From the NCBI GenBank assembly GCA_964523575.1, contig CAZGAV010000005.1, positions 6,379 to 70,378 of the forward strand: a DNA stretch of 64,000 nt, written 5' to 3'. The position numbers and the translations under genes were made by a program. Under the pieces are notes generated by a model. The model had not been told where the DNA came from. It ran no database searches and saw only the letters and a program-made list of their open reading frames with translations. Source of the DNA: an uncultured Ignavibacteriales bacterium. Lineage in GTDB: Bacteria; Zixibacteria; MSB-5A5; GN15; JAAZOE01. Of the stretch, positions 61,306 through 64,000 are shown one piece after another (the first letter of the stretch is position 1; every line of letters starts with the position of its first letter).

Positions 61306-62621
61306 TGATTATCTCCTGTCGGCAGGCTCACTTCGAAAGCCGTCATTCCTTCTATGTTATCGGTGATTCTTATGTTCCCGTGATGTTGCTCGGTAATCCG
61401 GCGGCAGAGATATAGCCCCAGGCCCGACCCCTGTGTTTTGGTTGTATAGAACGGCTCAAACAACCGTTCGCGCTGGGATGCTTTTATCCCGGGGCCGTTA
61501 TCGGAGACTCGAATGACGACCTTATCGCCGGCGGTCGCTGTTTCCATTGATACGGTTTTTTCCGATTTCTTATGCTCTTCAGAGGTGACGGCGTGGAAGG
61601 CGTTGAGCAAGAGGTTGATAATGACTTGCCTCAGCCCGACCCGGTCGGCCGTGATTATCGGGAGATTCTTCCCTCCCGAATAATGCAGACTAACTGCTTT
61701 TTCGTCGAATTGAGGTTTGAATTCGGTGACGATTTTCCGGCAGAGGGCGTCGAGATCGACGCGGTCGAGGCTAACCGAGGCATCACCCCGGGCGAAAGAC
61801 AGATAACCGCTGACGATTTTATCCAGCCGCGCCACTTCTTCGACGATGAAAGCCGCCTCCGGATCCTTATACTTTTTCTCAATCCTCTCCCCGGCCGCCC
61901 TGATAATCATCATCGGGTTTTTAATTTCATGGCTGACCACGGCCACCATCCGCCCCAGCGCCGCTTGAGAACTGGCCTGAAATAGTTTTTCCTCGGCCGT
62001 CGCCATATGGCGGTTATAAATGATATAAAGAATCAGGAGGATAATCACCACGCCCGCCGAGCCGCCGGCCAGAGCGATGAGATTACGGCGCAGATTCCCC
62101 ATCAATTCAAAATACCCGGCCCCGGCTTCGACCACCAGCAGGGCGGCCACATCGTCATCGAGGTTATACAATGGAGCATAAGCCGATTTCAGATAAGTGC
62201 CATCGGCGTCATACAAAGCCGAGGCGGTCGGCCGCCCGGAAATGGCCTGGTTCAGGGAATCGAAATTGAGCTGGCTCAGCAAATACCCTTCGTGCGAAAT
62301 ATCCTCGCGGGTCGTCACCAGATAATTGAAATCGAGATCGATGACCGAGGCCTCGGAGAGGGAATCGATGGCGGCCACGGAATCGAGATATAGCAGAATT
62401 TCGGCGTAAACGTCAAGGTTGTCGATCAAGAGCGCTTCAACGTCATCGGCCGAAACGTGCAAAGCCGCCGTCGCCGCTACACCCTGAAGGCGTTGCGATA
62501 GTTGCTGTTCAAGATAAAGGGTGATGGAATGATAATACCACCACCATCCGGCGTTGAAGGCCGCCAGCACCAGGGCGGTGAAAACGATCGCGCCCAGAGC
62601 CGCCTTTTTCCTCGATCGCAT
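61302..62621 (-). CDS. Membrane sensor histidine kinase (periplasmic sensor domain between two TM helices)
   Basis: TM1 AALGAIVFTALVLAAF, a ~150-aa extracytoplasmic segment, then TM2 ALAGGSAGVVIILLILYII. H-box VVSHEIKNPMMII. ATPase boxes (LLLNAFHAV, DNGPGI, GSGLGLYLC). Confidence 0.9.
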   Translation of the reverse strand: MRSRKKAALGAIVFTALVLAAFNAGWWWYYHSITLYLEQQLSQRLQGVAATAALHVSADDVEALLIDNLDVYAEILLYLDSVAAIDSLSEASVIDLDFNYLVTTREDISHEGYLLSQLNFDSLNQAISGRPTASALYDADGTYLKSAYAPLYNLDDDVAALLVVEAGAGYFELMGNLRRNLIALAGGSAGVVIILLILYIIYNRHMATAEEKLFQASSQAALGRMVAVVSHEIKNPMMIIRAAGERIEKKYKDPEAAFIVEEVARLDKIVSGYLSFARGDASVSLDRVDLDALCRKIVTEFKPQFDEKAVSLHYSGGKNLPIITADRVGLRQVIINLLLNAFHAVTSEEHKKSEKTVSMETATAGDKVVIRVSDNGPGIKASQRERLFEPFYTTKTQGSGLGLYLCRRITEQHHGNIRITDNIEGMTAFEVSLPTGDNQ

Positions 62622-62775
62622 AGCGTCAATAAAGGCCTTTTCTAATCGTCAAGTCAAGCGGCAAGTCCTGTCGGAAATGCCGTCGTAGCGCGCCCGTCAT
62701 CCGGGCGGCTCGGCTATGAAATTATAACGCTGGTGATCGAAATTTTTTTTCGTATAATTGGATGAGGAGCCCGAC

Positions 62776-63582
62776 ATGATCAGGTATTTATTCGCAATAT
62801 TTTTTGTCTGTCTTATAATCGCGGCCGCCTGTGGCGGCTGTTCCCGGTCAGGCGACGATACCGCCCCGTGGGTTAAATATCAGACGGAAGAATTCAGCCG
62901 CGGCATAAGCACTCCCGACAGCGCCGCCGGGATTCATATCGTTATCGAATTCCCGAAAATGACCGAGTCATCGCATCATGGGGTTGACCGTTATATCAAC
63001 CTGTATATCGATTCGGTCCTGCATACTCATTTCGGGGACGTCGGAAAAGTCTTCAATTATAACCAGATAATCGACAAATTCTTCGCCGATTATGATAATT
63101 TCATGAAGGATTTTCCCGCCAGCGACCTGGCCGGATGGTTCGACGAGGATTATGTCCGGGTCGTCTACGATACGATGGGGATACTGGCATTGGAATTCGA
63201 TTATTCGGGCTACACCGGGGGCGCGCACGGCTATTCGCAGACCGATTACGCCAATTTTGACCTTCACAACGGCCGGCCCCTGAAACTGTCCGATATCCTT
63301 ATCGCCGGCTTCAAAAAGCCGCTGACCCAAATTGCCGAAGCGGCGTTCCGACGGATGCGGAATATCCCGGCCGACAGCAGTCTGTATGCCGCCGGTTTCT
63401 GGTTTCCGGACAGCGTTTTTACATTAAATAGCAATTTTTCATTGAGGGCCGACAAAATTATTTTCTTCTACAATGATTATGAAATCGCGCCCCACTCAAT
63501 GGGGCCGACCGAGATCGATATCCCCTACTCCCGCATCGAAGATCTGATCGATCCCCTCGGTCGGCTGAGTTATCTGAAATAG
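62776..63582 (+). CDS. DUF4163/DUF3298-domain lipoprotein (RsiV/PdaC N-terminal-like)
   Basis: Lipobox IIAAACGGCS. ...YSGYTGGAHGYSQTDYANFDLHNGRPLKLSDIL... and ...FFYNDYEIAPHSMGPTEIDIPY... are characteristic DUF3298 motifs. ATG at 62776 with a GAGGAG RBS. Confidence 0.75.
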   Translation: MIRYLFAIFFVCLIIAAACGGCSRSGDDTAPWVKYQTEEFSRGISTPDSAAGIHIVIEFPKMTESSHHGVDRYINLYIDSVLHTHFGDVGKVFNYNQIIDKFFADYDNFMKDFPASDLAGWFDEDYVRVVYDTMGILALEFDYSGYTGGAHGYSQTDYANFDLHNGRPLKLSDILIAGFKKPLTQIAEAAFRRMRNIPADSSLYAAGFWFPDSVFTLNSNFSLRADKIIFFYNDYEIAPHSMGPTEIDIPYSRIEDLIDPLGRLSYLK

Positions 63583-63608
63583 TAAACGACTAAGGCGGAG
63601 TGAAGGTC

Positions 63609-64000
63609 ATGGTTATCGCGAAATTGAGAAACGAAATCGCGCGATATGACACGCCGAAAAATTGGCTTAACTATCAGCGTTTCTTTAAAGAAAGGCTGAA
63701 GCATCCCTACGGCCTGAAATCGTCTATCCTCAGAAAAATTTCAGTCGAATGTTTCAGAGATATACAACAACTGACGAAGGCCGATATATTTGCCTATTGC
63801 GACCGCCTGGTTGAATCGGGAGAACGATATCATCGCTTTTTTGGTTTCGAGTGGGCCTTCAAAATAAAAGGTCGATACGCCGCCGGCGATTTCAGGCGGT
63901 TCGAATCGTGGCTCAAAGAATACGTCGATAATTGGGGGGCATGCGATCATCTGTGCTGTGGTGCGCTGGGGCATTTGATCTGGCAATTTCCCGAGACCGT
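63609..64000 (+). CDS. DNA alkylation repair protein (AlkD-like HEAT-repeat family), 5' part; continues past window end
   Basis: Not in the ORF track because no stop lies in the window. My translation is MVIAKLRNEIARYDTPKNWLNYQRFFKERLKHPYGLKSSILRKISVECFRDI...ESGERYHRFFGFEWAF.... This resembles the 'DNA alkylation repair enzyme' family N-terminus (…a.….rFFK…..yGl….lR.ia). Confidence 0.55.
   Translation, partial: MVIAKLRNEIARYDTPKNWLNYQRFFKERLKHPYGLKSSILRKISVECFRDIQQLTKADIFAYCDRLVESGERYHRFFGFEWAFKIKGRYAAGDFRRFESWLKEYVDNWGACDHLCCGALGHLIWQFPET

Overview
This is a 64-kb chromosomal window from a mid/high-GC Gram-negative bacterium. All homology calls come from reading the translations and recalling family motifs; no searches were run. 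The gene content suggests an uncultured FCB-group-like lineage: a PorV/PorQ-like protein, a T9SS C-terminal sorting domain, dockerin/cohesin-like modules, LptE and KdsB. That placement is inference only. I support about 50 protein genes and found no rRNA, tRNA, CRISPR array or obvious transposase/integrase. Housekeeping genes are gyrA (truncated at the left edge and absent from the ORF track), hutU-hutI, pyrG-kdsB-gatC, ruvX-mltG, a TrmH-type methyltransferase and an AlkD-like gene truncated at the right edge. Envelope, redox and metal functions include:
- an 11-heme c-type cytochrome fused to a cytochrome-b membrane domain (CbcL-like);
- a copper module (Met-rich periplasmic protein, SHOCT protein, and CopA with TRASH/His-rich/CPMHP N-terminal domains) behind a near-consensus sigma-54 promoter;
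- an M16 peptidase pair;
- an SppA protease with an extra N-terminal beta-barrel-like domain;
- a PlpD-like patatin-Omp85 protein;
- motAB behind a sigma-28-type promoter;
- two sigma-54 two-component systems, one next to a candidate sigma-54 promoter driving a helical periplasmic protein plus an outer-membrane barrel;
- two large surface proteins with TSP3, cadherin-like, cohesin-like, dockerin and T9SS modules;
- a secreted plus membrane-anchored Cys-rich protein pair.

Unexplained non-coding content includes an orphan promoter-hairpin-terminator unit (candidate sRNA) and a ~0.95-kb gene-free island built from shuffled short repeats, including a 30-nt hairpin repeat with three copies in the window. 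I see no single unambiguous novel system. The best candidates are ranked in the findings.
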